Positions 9,237 to 18,082 of a DNA stretch of 64,000 nt are shown here, piece after piece; the stretch's first letter is position 1, and each line of letters opens with the position of its first letter. The DNA is from an uncultured Elusimicrobia bacterium (GTDB taxonomy: Bacteria > Elusimicrobiota > Elusimicrobia > UBA1565): assembly GCA_964359165.1 (NCBI GenBank), contig CAYHRV010000001.1:28080-92079 (forward strand). Reading direction: 5' to 3'. The translations under genes were made by a program, and so were the position numbers. The notes under the pieces are model-generated. The model was given only the letters and a program-made list of their open reading frames with translations, searched no databases and had not been told where the DNA came from.

Positions 9237-9948
9237 CGCCCACCTTCCAGTCCCTGCGGAATTCCTCGAGGCGTTCGGGCGTCCCGATGTCCCAGAGCCG
9301 TTCGGAGGCCTTGCAGGCGAAGACCCCCCGGTCCAGGAGGGAGGGGAAGAGGTCGCGCTCCAGCGAGGAGGGTCCCGGGGGGAGGCTATCGAGCGTCTCC
9401 CGCTCGAAGGCGTAGATGCCGGCATTGAGGAAGCAGGAGGGGTCGGGGACCTTCTCTTGGAAGGAGAGCACGCGGTCCCCGGGGCCGACCTTGATGAAGC
9501 CGCCGTCGCGGCGCTCTCCGGGCTCCACCACAACGACCGACGCGGTTCCGCCGCGCTCCTCATGAAAGCGGAGCAGGCGCGCCGGGTCCATGGGGCAATG
9601 GGAATCCCCGTTGAGCACGAGCACCGCTGGGCTTTTGAGCATGGGCAAGGCTTGCCTCAGCGCTCCCCCGGTGCCCAGAGGGGATTCCTCCCGGGAGAAG
9701 GCGAAGGAGAGGCCTAAATCGCGATAAACGCTATCGCGTTTCTCGCGATTTAGGGAGAAATGGGACTCCACCGAGTCTCCATGGTGGCCGGTGCAGAAGA
9801 TGAAGCGCCTGAAACCGCGCTCCGCGGCCCAACGGACCAGGACGGCGAGAAAGGGGCCCTTCGGAGTCGGGGCCATGGTCTTCTGCCCATCGCCGATGAC
9901 GGCGCGCAGGCGGGTGCCCAGGCCCCCGCAGAGGAGGACGACGTCCAT
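9226..9948 (-). CDS. hddC: Sugar-1-phosphate nucleotidyltransferase (D-glycero-D-manno-heptose-1-phosphate guanylyltransferase-like)
   Basis: Start ATG 9948 (MDVVLLCGGLGTRLR, the G-x-G-T-R-L signature). Lies next to a GHMP heptose-kinase-like gene. Confidence 0.7.
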   Translation of the reverse strand: MDVVLLCGGLGTRLRAVIGDGQKTMAPTPKGPFLAVLVRWAAERGFRRFIFCTGHHGDSVESHFSLNREKRDSVYRDLGLSFAFSREESPLGTGGALRQALPMLKSPAVLVLNGDSHCPMDPARLLRFHEERGGTASVVVVEPGERRDGGFIKVGPGDRVLSFQEKVPDPSCFLNAGIYAFERETLDSLPPGPSSLERDLFPSLLDRGVFACKASERLWDIGTPERLEEFRRDWKVGDVR

Positions 9949-9967
9949 CGTCGCGGGAACCGGCACG

Positions 9968-11014
9968 CTAGCGCGTCGCTTTGGAGCGGGCCGGACCGCG
10001 GTCGAGCATGGAGAATTCCCGCTCGCGCGAGTTCTGGTCATAAAAGATGATTGCGGAGCCGCTGTTCTCGAAGCGGAAGGGGACATGGAGGAGCTTGGCG
10101 AGCGCCTTGCGGATGCGCGGCCGGTCCTGCGGCCTGGCGAAGAGCAGGATGAAGCCGCCGCCCCCCGCGCCCAAGAGCTTCCCGCCCACCGCCCCGGCTT
10201 TCCGCGCGGCGGCGTACACTTCGTCGACGGCGGGCGTCGAGATCTGGTCGCTGAGGCTACGCTTGAGCGACCAGCCCTCATGGAGGAGCTTGCCGAAATC
10301 CAAGAGGTCGGACTTGCCGCTGAGCAGGCTCAAGCCTTCATCGACCATGGCCAGGATGGCCTTGAGCTCCGCCGTCTTCTTGGGGGTGTTGCGGACCTGG
10401 GTCTTGGCGATCTCGGAGGCATGGCGGGAGAAGCCGGTGAAGAAGAGCATCAGGTGGTCCTGCAGGCTCTCGAGACGGTCGTGGCGCACTATGACCGGCT
10501 CGACGGCGATCGTGCCGTCGGGCTGGAAGCGGACCTTGTTGAAGCCTCCCAGCGCGGCGGTCACCTGGTCCTGGGAGCCCACGCTTTCCTTGATGAGGTC
10601 GCGCTCGACCCGGATCGCGTCCTCGGCGAGCCTCATCTTGGTGGGCATGGACTGCTTGAGGGCGTAGAGCGCGTGGAGCAGGCCGACGGTGAAGGAGGAG
10701 CTCGAGCCCAAGCCGGCGCGCGCGGGGAGGTCTCCATCATGATGGATCTCCAGGCCGTCGGAGACCTCCATGTAGCTCAGGCACTCGCGCACGGCGGGGT
10801 GCTCGATGCGGGAGACGGAATCGACGGCCTCGATGCGAGAGTAGACGATGCGGCTCTTATGCTCGAAGAAGGGGGGGAGGTGGCGCAGGGAGATGTAGCA
10901 ATACTTGTCGATGGAAGTGGCGAGCACCGCCCCGCCGTGCTCCTTGTACCAGACGGGATAATCGGTCCCCCCGCCGAAGAACGAGACCCGGAAAGGCGTC
11001 CTGCTGATGATCAT
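9968..11014 (-). CDS. hddA: GHMP-family sugar kinase (D-glycero-D-manno-heptose-7-phosphate kinase-like)
   Basis: MIISRTPFRVSFFGGGTDYP N-terminus and GHMP motif PARAGLGSSSSFTVG. Confidence 0.8.
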   Translation of the reverse strand: MIISRTPFRVSFFGGGTDYPVWYKEHGGAVLATSIDKYCYISLRHLPPFFEHKSRIVYSRIEAVDSVSRIEHPAVRECLSYMEVSDGLEIHHDGDLPARAGLGSSSSFTVGLLHALYALKQSMPTKMRLAEDAIRVERDLIKESVGSQDQVTAALGGFNKVRFQPDGTIAVEPVIVRHDRLESLQDHLMLFFTGFSRHASEIAKTQVRNTPKKTAELKAILAMVDEGLSLLSGKSDLLDFGKLLHEGWSLKRSLSDQISTPAVDEVYAAARKAGAVGGKLLGAGGGGFILLFARPQDRPRIRKALAKLLHVPFRFENSGSAIIFYDQNSREREFSMLDRGPARSKATR

Positions 11015-11046
11015 GCCGCCGGGATTATATCACTCTGGGAGGACCC

Positions 11047-11075
11047 TTGACGCGTTTGGGGAGCATTCTTACACT
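11047..11075 (+). promoter_or_regulatory. Sigma-70-like promoter TTGACG-N17-TACACT upstream of the kinase gene
   Basis: Hexamers read directly with a 17-nt spacer. The start codon lies only about 15 nt after the -10. Confidence 0.4.
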
Positions 11076-11089
11076 ATATCAGCGGGTCT

Positions 11090-13465
11090 ATGACCATGAA
11101 AGGGGCATCACTTCCCGGTCTGCGGCTGGGGCTTGCGGCCGTTTCCCTCTTCTGCCTCCTCTTACCGGGGCTCTGTCGTCCGCCGGCGCCCCAGGGCCAG
11201 GTCCCGCCGCCGCCGGCTAATTCCCAGGAGGAACGCGAGAAGGCCTATCAGGATGTGCTCTCGAGGCTGAAGGAGGGAGGCGGGGGTCTGCCTTCCGGCA
11301 TGGTCGGCAAGCTGGAGAACGAACTCCGGAATCTTCCGCCGGATCAGAGGGACAAGGCCTTGGACCACATCCTCCGGCTCCGAGGCATGTCCTCCAAGCC
11401 CCAGGATGGATCCTTGCCCGGACTGGAGCGCTGGGCGCAAGTCCATCAGGCCCGGCAGGCGTTCTACTCCGAATTCCCCCAGCTTCGCGGGATGATGAGG
11501 CCCTTCTTCAGGGGCAATCCCCAGGCCAGGCTCAGGGACACCCAGGACCTCGTCGAAGCCAAGCCCGAGGACCCCAGGATCCGCCGGCTCCTCGCGCGGG
11601 ACTTGATCGACTCGGGACAGCCGGAGGAGGCCGTGGAGGCCGCCGATAAAGCCGCTCAGCTCGATCCGCGCGACCCGGAGCCTCATCTATTGGCCGCGGA
11701 AGCGGGCATGAGGTTGGGGGATTATGACGCGGCCAACGCCGCCGCGCGCCGCGCCCTGGCCTTGGACCCCAGGAACCCCGCCGCCATCTCCGCGCTCCGG
11801 CTCTCGGAGACCCGCCTGGGCGCCGCCCCGGCTTCTCCAGCCTCCCCTCCCGCCGATCCCCAGCGGTCCCAGGATACGCCGTTCTTCGGCCGCCTCTCCC
11901 CTCCCGCCGAGCAGGCGCCGGAGGGGATGATCGCGGCGGCGGACTGGCAGCGTTCCAGCGATCTCGCGCGCGAGGCCGAGCTTCAGGTGAGGGCCCGCTC
12001 CTTCTCGGACGCGGTCCGCTCCGCGAGCACGGCCATCCAGGTCAACCCCCAGAACGCCGCGGCGCTTTATTACCGCGCGCTCGCGCGCCTGGGGTTGCGC
12101 GACCCGGCGGGCGCCGGATCCGATATCCGTTCGGCGCTGAGCCTCGCGCCCAACAACGCCAATCTCCTCTCCTTGTTTTCCCGCACCCTCATAGAGGAGG
12201 GCGACTACCGGGGCGCCTTGGAGGCCGCAGCTAGGGCCGCGAACTTCGAGCCCGGCTTGGCTGAAGCGCACTATCACAAGGCCGTGGCGCTCGCCGGGCT
12301 TGGAGAGCGCGCGCTTTCCCTGGACTCCCTGCGCCGCGCCGCGGAACTCAGTGGCGCCTATGACCCGCTGCTCCAGCGGGCGCTGCAGCTGCCGGAAAGC
12401 GGGGACTTGGCGCTGCTCCTGCGCGGGGAGGGGGCGGGGGCGTCCCCCGCCAAGGCTCCGGCCGCTCCTGCCCGTTCCAGGAATTTCCTCGTCCTGGGCG
12501 TGGCGAGCCTTTTGGGGGGCTTCCTGGTCGCCTTGGGACTGCTCCAGGCCGTGACCGGCCAATGGATGCTCCGCCTGCGCACCGCGGTCAGCCGCGTGAC
12601 GGGATCGGGGAAGCCGCCGGTCCGCATGCGCGTCCCAGGCTCCGTGGAGGGGAAGGTCATCGCCGGGGTCTATGAGGTCCGCGATAAGATAGGGGCGGGG
12701 GGCATGGGGATCGTCTATCTGGCCCTGGACCGGACCCTGGACCGCAAGGTCGCGGTCAAGAAGATGCGCGAGGAGATCCGCTCCGATCCGAAGGAGGCCG
12801 CGCGCTTCCTCCAGGAGGCGCGCCTGGTGGCCGGGCTCCACCATCCCAACATCGTGGAGATCTACTCGATCGTCGAGGACGGGCCTGACGCGTATCTCGT
12901 CTTCGAGTTCGTCGACGGCAAGACGCTCCACGACCTCGTCACCGAGCGCAAGAGGGTTCCGTTCGCCGAGTGCGTGGGCCTGCTCAAGGGCGTTTGCTCG
13001 GCGCTCGACTATGCGCACAAGAAAGGCATCGTACACCGCGACCTCAAGCCCTCCAACATCATGATCGACCGCGAGGGGACGGTGAAGGTGATGGATTTCG
13101 GAGTGGCGCGCCAAGCCAAGGACTCCCTCAACCGCATGTCCATGACCAATACCGTGGTAGGCACCCCTCCCTACATGGCTCCGGAGCAGGAGCAGGGGGC
13201 CGTGGGCCGCGAGTCGGACGTGTTCGCCCTGGGAGTGTGCCTCTATGAGATGGCCACGGGAGTGCTCCCCTTCGCGGGAGGAGGGGCGGCGATGCTCCTG
13301 GCCAAGATGAATAAGACCTATGCCCCGCCTTCCCAGCGCGTTCCGAGCCTTCCTAAGGGGTTCGACGAGGCGCTCGCTGCGGCCCTCGAGCCGGACCCCG
13401 CGCGCAGGATCCGCGGGGCCGGGGAACTCCTCCAGCGGTTGGAATCGATCGTCCATCAAGGATAG
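11090..13465 (+). CDS. Membrane Ser/Thr protein kinase with N-terminal signal peptide and TPR ectodomain, one TM helix and a C-terminal Hanks-type kinase
   Basis: Signal-like N-terminus and TPR-like Ala/Leu-rich repeats. TM helix FLVLGVASLLGGFLVALGLLQAV. Kinase motifs IGAGGMGIVY, VAVKKM, HRDLKPSNIMI, DFGVAR, PPYMAPE. Confidence 0.85.
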   Translation: MTMKGASLPGLRLGLAAVSLFCLLLPGLCRPPAPQGQVPPPPANSQEEREKAYQDVLSRLKEGGGGLPSGMVGKLENELRNLPPDQRDKALDHILRLRGMSSKPQDGSLPGLERWAQVHQARQAFYSEFPQLRGMMRPFFRGNPQARLRDTQDLVEAKPEDPRIRRLLARDLIDSGQPEEAVEAADKAAQLDPRDPEPHLLAAEAGMRLGDYDAANAAARRALALDPRNPAAISALRLSETRLGAAPASPASPPADPQRSQDTPFFGRLSPPAEQAPEGMIAAADWQRSSDLAREAELQVRARSFSDAVRSASTAIQVNPQNAAALYYRALARLGLRDPAGAGSDIRSALSLAPNNANLLSLFSRTLIEEGDYRGALEAAARAANFEPGLAEAHYHKAVALAGLGERALSLDSLRRAAELSGAYDPLLQRALQLPESGDLALLLRGEGAGASPAKAPAAPARSRNFLVLGVASLLGGFLVALGLLQAVTGQWMLRLRTAVSRVTGSGKPPVRMRVPGSVEGKVIAGVYEVRDKIGAGGMGIVYLALDRTLDRKVAVKKMREEIRSDPKEAARFLQEARLVAGLHHPNIVEIYSIVEDGPDAYLVFEFVDGKTLHDLVTERKRVPFAECVGLLKGVCSALDYAHKKGIVHRDLKPSNIMIDREGTVKVMDFGVARQAKDSLNRMSMTNTVVGTPPYMAPEQEQGAVGRESDVFALGVCLYEMATGVLPFAGGGAAMLLAKMNKTYAPPSQRVPSLPKGFDEALAAALEPDPARRIRGAGELLQRLESIVHQG

Positions 13466-13475
13466 GGTGGTGAAA

Positions 13476-13504
13476 TTGACTTTAGGGGTGGCCCTTGCTA
13501 CACT
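13476..13504 (+). promoter_or_regulatory. Sigma-70-like promoter TTGACT-N17-TACACT upstream of the ABC exporter
   Basis: Same hexamers, spacing and trailing A (TACACTA) as the promoter at 11047. Confidence 0.45.
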
Positions 13505-13507
13505 AGC

Positions 13508-13522
13508 GTTCAAGGATTGAAC
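13508..13522. promoter_or_regulatory. Palindrome GTTCAA-gga-TTGAAC (candidate operator) between the -10 and the start codon
   Basis: Perfect 6+6 inverted repeat. Flank cactagc matches the 33226 copy (cactaagc). Confidence 0.35.
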
Positions 13523-13524
13523 TG

Positions 13525-15321
13525 ATGACGGCCTCCAAGTCGCCCCGCGAGGTGGTGCTATTCTTCCTCAACCCCCACCGCGGCGCCTACCTCCTGATCC
13601 TGGCCCTCAATCTCCTGATCGCCGCGCTGGAAGCCGCCACGGTCTTCCTCGTGGTCCCGCTCTTCTCGGAACTGCTGGGAAGCGGGCCTTCCCCCAAGAG
13701 CCTCGGCATGCCCGGCCGACTTCTGGACGCGGCGTTCGGCCTCCTGCCTTCGATGAATCCGATCGCGCGGGGGTGCCTCTTGATCATCGGGCTGACCGCC
13801 CTGAAGTTCGCGGTGAGCCTTTTCGCCCAATACAAGGCGGCGCGGGCGAGCGGGGAACTGCTCTATGAGGTGAAGCGGCGCCTCCTCGAAGCCTACGCGC
13901 GGGCGCCCTACGAGTATTTCCTGGAGACTCGGCAAGGGAGGATGTCCTACCTGGCCGCCTCGGCCACGGCGAAGCTCTCGCATCTGGTCTTGAAGGTCCC
14001 CGAGCTCGGGGCGGAGCTCGCCCGTTTCCTCGCTCTGGCGGGGCTGCTGCTCTGGCTCAACGCGCCGGCGGCCCTGGGGCTGATCGCTTTCGTCGCCGTC
14101 TTCGACCGTATCGTGAGGTGGACATCCTCCCGCCTTTCCTACACCTTCGGAAAAGGAAGAGTGGAGGCGGCGGCCCAGCAGGCGATCGTTCTCAATGAGT
14201 TCATCAACGGGGTCAAGCAGATGCGCATTTTCGGCGTCGCGGAGCGATGGATCGCGCGCTTCGACGAGGCGAACCGCAAGTTCGTGGACCTCTATGTCCA
14301 GGACACCTCCATCCTGCTGGCTCCCAAGCCCATCCTGGAGATGGCCGCAATCTCCGTGATCTTCGGCGGGATACTCCTCCTCCACCTGGCCGCGCCGCAA
14401 CGGGCCGTGGAAAGTCTGCCCGTCCTGGCGGCCTTGGCCATGGCCTCGATGAAGGCCCTGCCCTCCGTCTCGGCCATCGGCCGCTCCCGCTTGGAGATCA
14501 TGGGCTCCCTCCCGGACGCCGAGGCCCTCTATGAGGTGCTGACCAAGCCTTTTCCGCCGCTGCGGGGGGGGGAGCGGCGTTTCTCGGGCCTCGCCTCCGG
14601 CATCCGGTTCGAAGGAGTGCGCTTCGGCTATCCGGGGCGCGGCGAGCTCTACGGCGGGCTGGACCTGGAGTTCCGCCGGCACAAGACCACGGCGATCGTC
14701 GGAGACTCCGGCTCGGGCAAGACGACGATCCTCAACCTGCTCCTGGGCCTCTATGAGCCTTCGGCCGGCCGCATCCTCGTCGACGGCGCGGACTTCCGGG
14801 AGCTGGACCCGCGCTCCTGGCTGGACCGGGTGGCCGTGGTGACGCAGGACCCCTTCATCTTCCACGGGACGGTCGCCGAGAACATCGCCTTCGGCCGGGA
14901 CCGTTTCTCGGCTCAGGACATCGCGCGCGTGGCCGGTCTCGCGCAGGCCCACGACTTCATCTCGGCCCTGCCGGAGGGCTACGCGACCGTGGTGGGCGAG
15001 CGGGGGATGAAGCTCTCGGGCGGCCAGCAGCAGAGGATCGCGATCGCCCGCGCCGTGCTCTCGGACCCCGAGGTCCTGATCCTCGACGAGGCTACCAGCT
15101 CGCTCGACAGCGTTTCCGAGGCGGCGGTCCAGGGGGCGATCTCCGAAGCCGCGCGCGGCCGAACGACCATCCAGGTCGCCCACCGGCTCTCGACGATCGG
15201 GTCGGCGGACCATATCTACGTGCTGCACGAGGGACGGGTGGCGGAGCAGGGCTCGCACGAGCAGTTGCTTTCCCTGGGAGGCCGCTACGCCCGGTTCCAT
15301 TCCCTCCAGGCGTCCCGATGA
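13525..15321 (+). CDS. ABC transporter, fused permease/ATPase (MsbA/lipid-linked glycan exporter-like)
   Basis: N-terminal six-helix-type hydrophobic half. Walker A GDSGSGKTT, signature LSGGQQQRIAIARA, Walker B LILDEATS. Confidence 0.85.
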   Translation: MTASKSPREVVLFFLNPHRGAYLLILALNLLIAALEAATVFLVVPLFSELLGSGPSPKSLGMPGRLLDAAFGLLPSMNPIARGCLLIIGLTALKFAVSLFAQYKAARASGELLYEVKRRLLEAYARAPYEYFLETRQGRMSYLAASATAKLSHLVLKVPELGAELARFLALAGLLLWLNAPAALGLIAFVAVFDRIVRWTSSRLSYTFGKGRVEAAAQQAIVLNEFINGVKQMRIFGVAERWIARFDEANRKFVDLYVQDTSILLAPKPILEMAAISVIFGGILLLHLAAPQRAVESLPVLAALAMASMKALPSVSAIGRSRLEIMGSLPDAEALYEVLTKPFPPLRGGERRFSGLASGIRFEGVRFGYPGRGELYGGLDLEFRRHKTTAIVGDSGSGKTTILNLLLGLYEPSAGRILVDGADFRELDPRSWLDRVAVVTQDPFIFHGTVAENIAFGRDRFSAQDIARVAGLAQAHDFISALPEGYATVVGERGMKLSGGQQQRIAIARAVLSDPEVLILDEATSSLDSVSEAAVQGAISEAARGRTTIQVAHRLSTIGSADHIYVLHEGRVAEQGSHEQLLSLGGRYARFHSLQASR

Positions 15322-15412
15322 GAGGGCTTCCCCATTCTTAGGGCCTGTCAAACAATAACTGAGTCAATTTGGCCGAGGGGATTTTACCCCGGGGCAAGGC
15401 GCGAAGAGCGCG

Positions 15413-15429
15413 CATACTTGAAAAGTATG
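15413..15429. terminator. Short hairpin CATACTT-gaa-AAGTATG between convergent genes
   Basis: 7-bp perfect stem in the 133-bp gap between the ABC exporter (+) and the SDR (-). AT-rich stem with no clear U-tract, so weak. Confidence 0.2.
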
Positions 15430-15454
15430 TAAGCGATGAGCAACGCCGCCCCGA

Positions 15455-16261
15455 TCACCACGCGGTCCAGCCGCCGTCGACCAGGAGGTTCTGCCCGGTG
15501 ACGTAGGCCGAGAGGTCGCTCGCCAAGTATGCGACCGCGCCCTTAAAATCTTCCTCGCAGGCCATGCGGCCCAGGGGCGTCTTCTTCGCGTAGCGCGCGA
15601 CAAAGGCCTTGGGCTGGCCGCGCAGCACCCCTCCGGGGGAGATGACATTGACCCGGGTCCTCGGGGCCAGGAGGGTCGCGAGGTAGCGCGCCAACTGGAG
15701 CAGGCCGCCCTTGGACGCGCCGTAGCCGACCGGGTTCTGCAGCGGCGTCCCGTCGTAGAGGCTGAAATCGGGCCCCACAACCCCATAGGTCGAGCCGAGG
15801 AAGATCACGGAGCCGCGGCCCGAGCGCGCGAGCGCAGAGCGCGCCTCCTGGGCCAGGATGAAGGCGGACGTCAGGTTGACCTGGACGGCCTTGTTGAAGG
15901 CCTCCGCAGTCTGGCGCGGGAAAGGCACCGCCCAGCCGGGGACGCGCGTCGTCCCGACGTAGGCGGCCGTGTGGACCAGGATGTCGAGGCTGCGAAGCCG
16001 CGCGACCGCCTCGCGCACGGCCCGCCGCGTCGACGCCTCGTCCAACAGGTCGCAGGCTACGGGCAAGGCGGAGCCTGGCTTGCGGCGGTTGAGCTCTCTC
16101 GCGCGCCGGGCGCAGGCAGCGGGGTCGAGGTCGACGATGGCGACCTTCGCGCCGAGTTCGACGAGGGTCTCGCAGACGGCGAGGGAGATGTGCCCGGCGC
16201 CGCCGGTGACCAGGGCGCGGCGGCCGCGCAGGTTCATCAAGGAACGCAGTGAGCGCATCAT
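15455..16261 (-). CDS. Short-chain dehydrogenase/reductase
   Basis: ALVTGGAGHISLA glycine motif and YGASKGG (YxxxK). Confidence 0.8.
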   Translation of the reverse strand: MMRSLRSLMNLRGRRALVTGGAGHISLAVCETLVELGAKVAIVDLDPAACARRARELNRRKPGSALPVACDLLDEASTRRAVREAVARLRSLDILVHTAAYVGTTRVPGWAVPFPRQTAEAFNKAVQVNLTSAFILAQEARSALARSGRGSVIFLGSTYGVVGPDFSLYDGTPLQNPVGYGASKGGLLQLARYLATLLAPRTRVNVISPGGVLRGQPKAFVARYAKKTPLGRMACEEDFKGAVAYLASDLSAYVTGQNLLVDGGWTAW

Positions 16262-16320
16262 CGGATAATCCTCTCTCGAAGGCGAGATTGTCCATTATGG
16301 TATCATATCGCGAAATTCAG

Positions 16321-16944
16321 ATGATCCTCCTCCTCGGCGCCGGCGGGCACGCAAAGGTCGTCATAGCGGCCCTGCGCTCGGCCGGGGAGGCTCCGGCCGC
16401 CTGCCTGGACGCCGACCACGCCCTGTGGGGCAAGACGATCGAGGGGGTCAAGATCGAGGGCGGCGACGAGCTGCTCGCCCGCTATCCGAAGGAGCGCGCC
16501 GCCCTCGCGCTCGGGGTCGGCATGCCGCGCCTGGGAGGGGGGCGTCGCGCCCTCTTCGAGTCCCTGCGCGCAAAGGGCTACGGCTTCGCGCCGGTTCAGG
16601 CCGCCAGCGCGGTGGTCGCTCCGTCGGCCGTCCTCGGCACCGGGGCCCAGGTCCTCACGCGCGCAGTCGTGCATCCCGGGACCGTGATCGGGGACAACGC
16701 CATCGTCAATACCGCGGCGGTCGTCGAGCACGACTGCGAGGTCGGGGCGCACGCGCACGTGGCTCCCGGGGCGGTCGTTTGCGGCGGGGTCAGGATCGGC
16801 GCGGAGTCCTTCATCGGGGCCGGGGCGGTCGTCCTTCCCGGCGTCAAGATCGGCAAGCGCGCCATGGTCGCGGCCGGAGCCGTTGTGCGCCGCGACGTCC
16901 GCGACGGCGGACGAGCCCTGCCGGCTACACTCGCACGGCCTTGA
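16321..16944 (+). CDS. NeuD/PglD-family hexapeptide sugar N-acetyltransferase
   Basis: Start moved to ATG 16321 (MILLLGAGGHAKVV). C-terminal left-handed-helix hexapeptide repeats. 20-nt convergent overlap with the aminotransferase gene. Confidence 0.8.
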   Translation: MILLLGAGGHAKVVIAALRSAGEAPAACLDADHALWGKTIEGVKIEGGDELLARYPKERAALALGVGMPRLGGGRRALFESLRAKGYGFAPVQAASAVVAPSAVLGTGAQVLTRAVVHPGTVIGDNAIVNTAAVVEHDCEVGAHAHVAPGAVVCGGVRIGAESFIGAGAVVLPGVKIGKRAMVAAGAVVRRDVRDGGRALPATLARP

Positions 16945-18082
16945 TCACTTCCTGCTGCTGGCGGGAGCTGATACCGACGGAGGAAGGCAGGCTCAGCGCG
17001 TCGCGGTAGAGGCGCTCAGCCGTCTCGACGCGGTAGGCTTGGGACCGGGCGTGGGCGGGGCTGAGGTGCATGGGCTGCCAAAGCGGCCGGGTCATGATCT
17101 TGCGCTCCGCCAGCCGCTTTAGGAGGGTCCGGCTGTCCATCCCGAAGGCCTTATTCTCAACGAGGATCGTGTACATCCAGAACGTGGACTGCGCCCAAGG
17201 GGCCTCGCGCATCGGCGTCAGCCCGGGCGCGCCCTCGAACGCGTCGCGGTAGCGCTGGGCGATCGCGCGCTTCGCCTTGGCGTAGGGGGCGAGGTTCTCG
17301 AGTTGGCCCAGGCCGATCGCGGCGGCCACGTTGGTCAGGCGGTAGTTGTAGCCGACCTCGCCGTGGATGTACTCGATGGGGTCGCTCTTGGCCTGGGTCG
17401 TCAGGTGGCGCGCGCGCGCGGCCCAGGCGTCGTCGTCGGTCAGCAGCATCCCGCCGCCGCCGGTCGTGATCATCTTGTTGCCGTTGAAGCTGAAGCAGGA
17501 GATCGCGGCCTTCCGGCCGGTCGCGGCCCCCCGGTAGCTCGAGCCCAGGCTCTCCGAGGCGTCCTCGATCAGGCGCAGGCCGTATTTGCGGGCGGCCGCG
17601 ATCAGCGGCTCGGCGTCAGCGGGATGCCCGAGCACGTCCACCGGCATCAGGGCCCGCACGCGGCGGCCCGTCGTCTTGTTGCGCAAGGCGCCGCGCGTCC
17701 AGCGGCAGCCCTTGGCGAGGAAGTCGAGGGTTTTCTCCACGTCGATCTGGAAGAAATCCGGCTCAGCGTCCATAAAGACGGGGCGGGCGCCGACGTAGCG
17801 CACGGCGTTGGCTGGGGCGATGAAGGTCAAGGTCGGCATGATCACTTCGTCGTCCGGCCCGACGCCGGAGATGATCAGGGCCACGTGCAGGGCGGCCGTG
17901 CCGTTGACCGTCGCGACGGCATGCTTCCTTCCGACGTGCCGCGCCATCGTCTCCTCGAAGCGCGTCACGTAGGCCCCGACCGAGGAGATCCAGTTCGTGT
18001 CGAGGCAGTCCTTGACGTACTTCCACTCGTTGCCCTTGAGCAGAGGCTCGAAGAGGGGGATGCCGGGGCCGGAGGGCTTCAC
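16925..18082 (-). CDS. DegT/DnrJ/EryC1/StrS-family PLP-dependent sugar aminotransferase
   Basis: Family-typical N-terminus and PLP-lysine region FSFNGNKMITTGGGG. GTG start overlaps the upstream stop (GTGA). Confidence 0.85.
   Translation of the reverse strand: MKPSGPGIPLFEPLLKGNEWKYVKDCLDTNWISSVGAYVTRFEETMARHVGRKHAVATVNGTAALHVALIISGVGPDDEVIMPTLTFIAPANAVRYVGARPVFMDAEPDFFQIDVEKTLDFLAKGCRWTRGALRNKTTGRRVRALMPVDVLGHPADAEPLIAAARKYGLRLIEDASESLGSSYRGAATGRKAAISCFSFNGNKMITTGGGGMLLTDDDAWAARARHLTTQAKSDPIEYIHGEVGYNYRLTNVAAAIGLGQLENLAPYAKAKRAIAQRYRDAFEGAPGLTPMREAPWAQSTFWMYTILVENKAFGMDSRTLLKRLAERKIMTRPLWQPMHLSPAHARSQAYRVETAERLYRDALSLPSSVGISSRQQQEVIKAVRV

Noticed and set aside
11687-15351. 608-aa and 597-aa minus-strand ORFs opposite the kinase and the ABC exporter
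   Set aside because: Same high-G+C artefact. The plus-strand products carry complete kinase and ABC motifs, while the antisense translations are compositionally biased and motif-free.
15377-15429. Strong intrinsic terminator between the ABC exporter and the SDR gene
   Set aside because: Only short stems are present (GGGG-atttta-CCCC and the AT-rich 7-bp CATACTT/AAGTATG hairpin), with no U-tract. It was kept only as a low-confidence feature.
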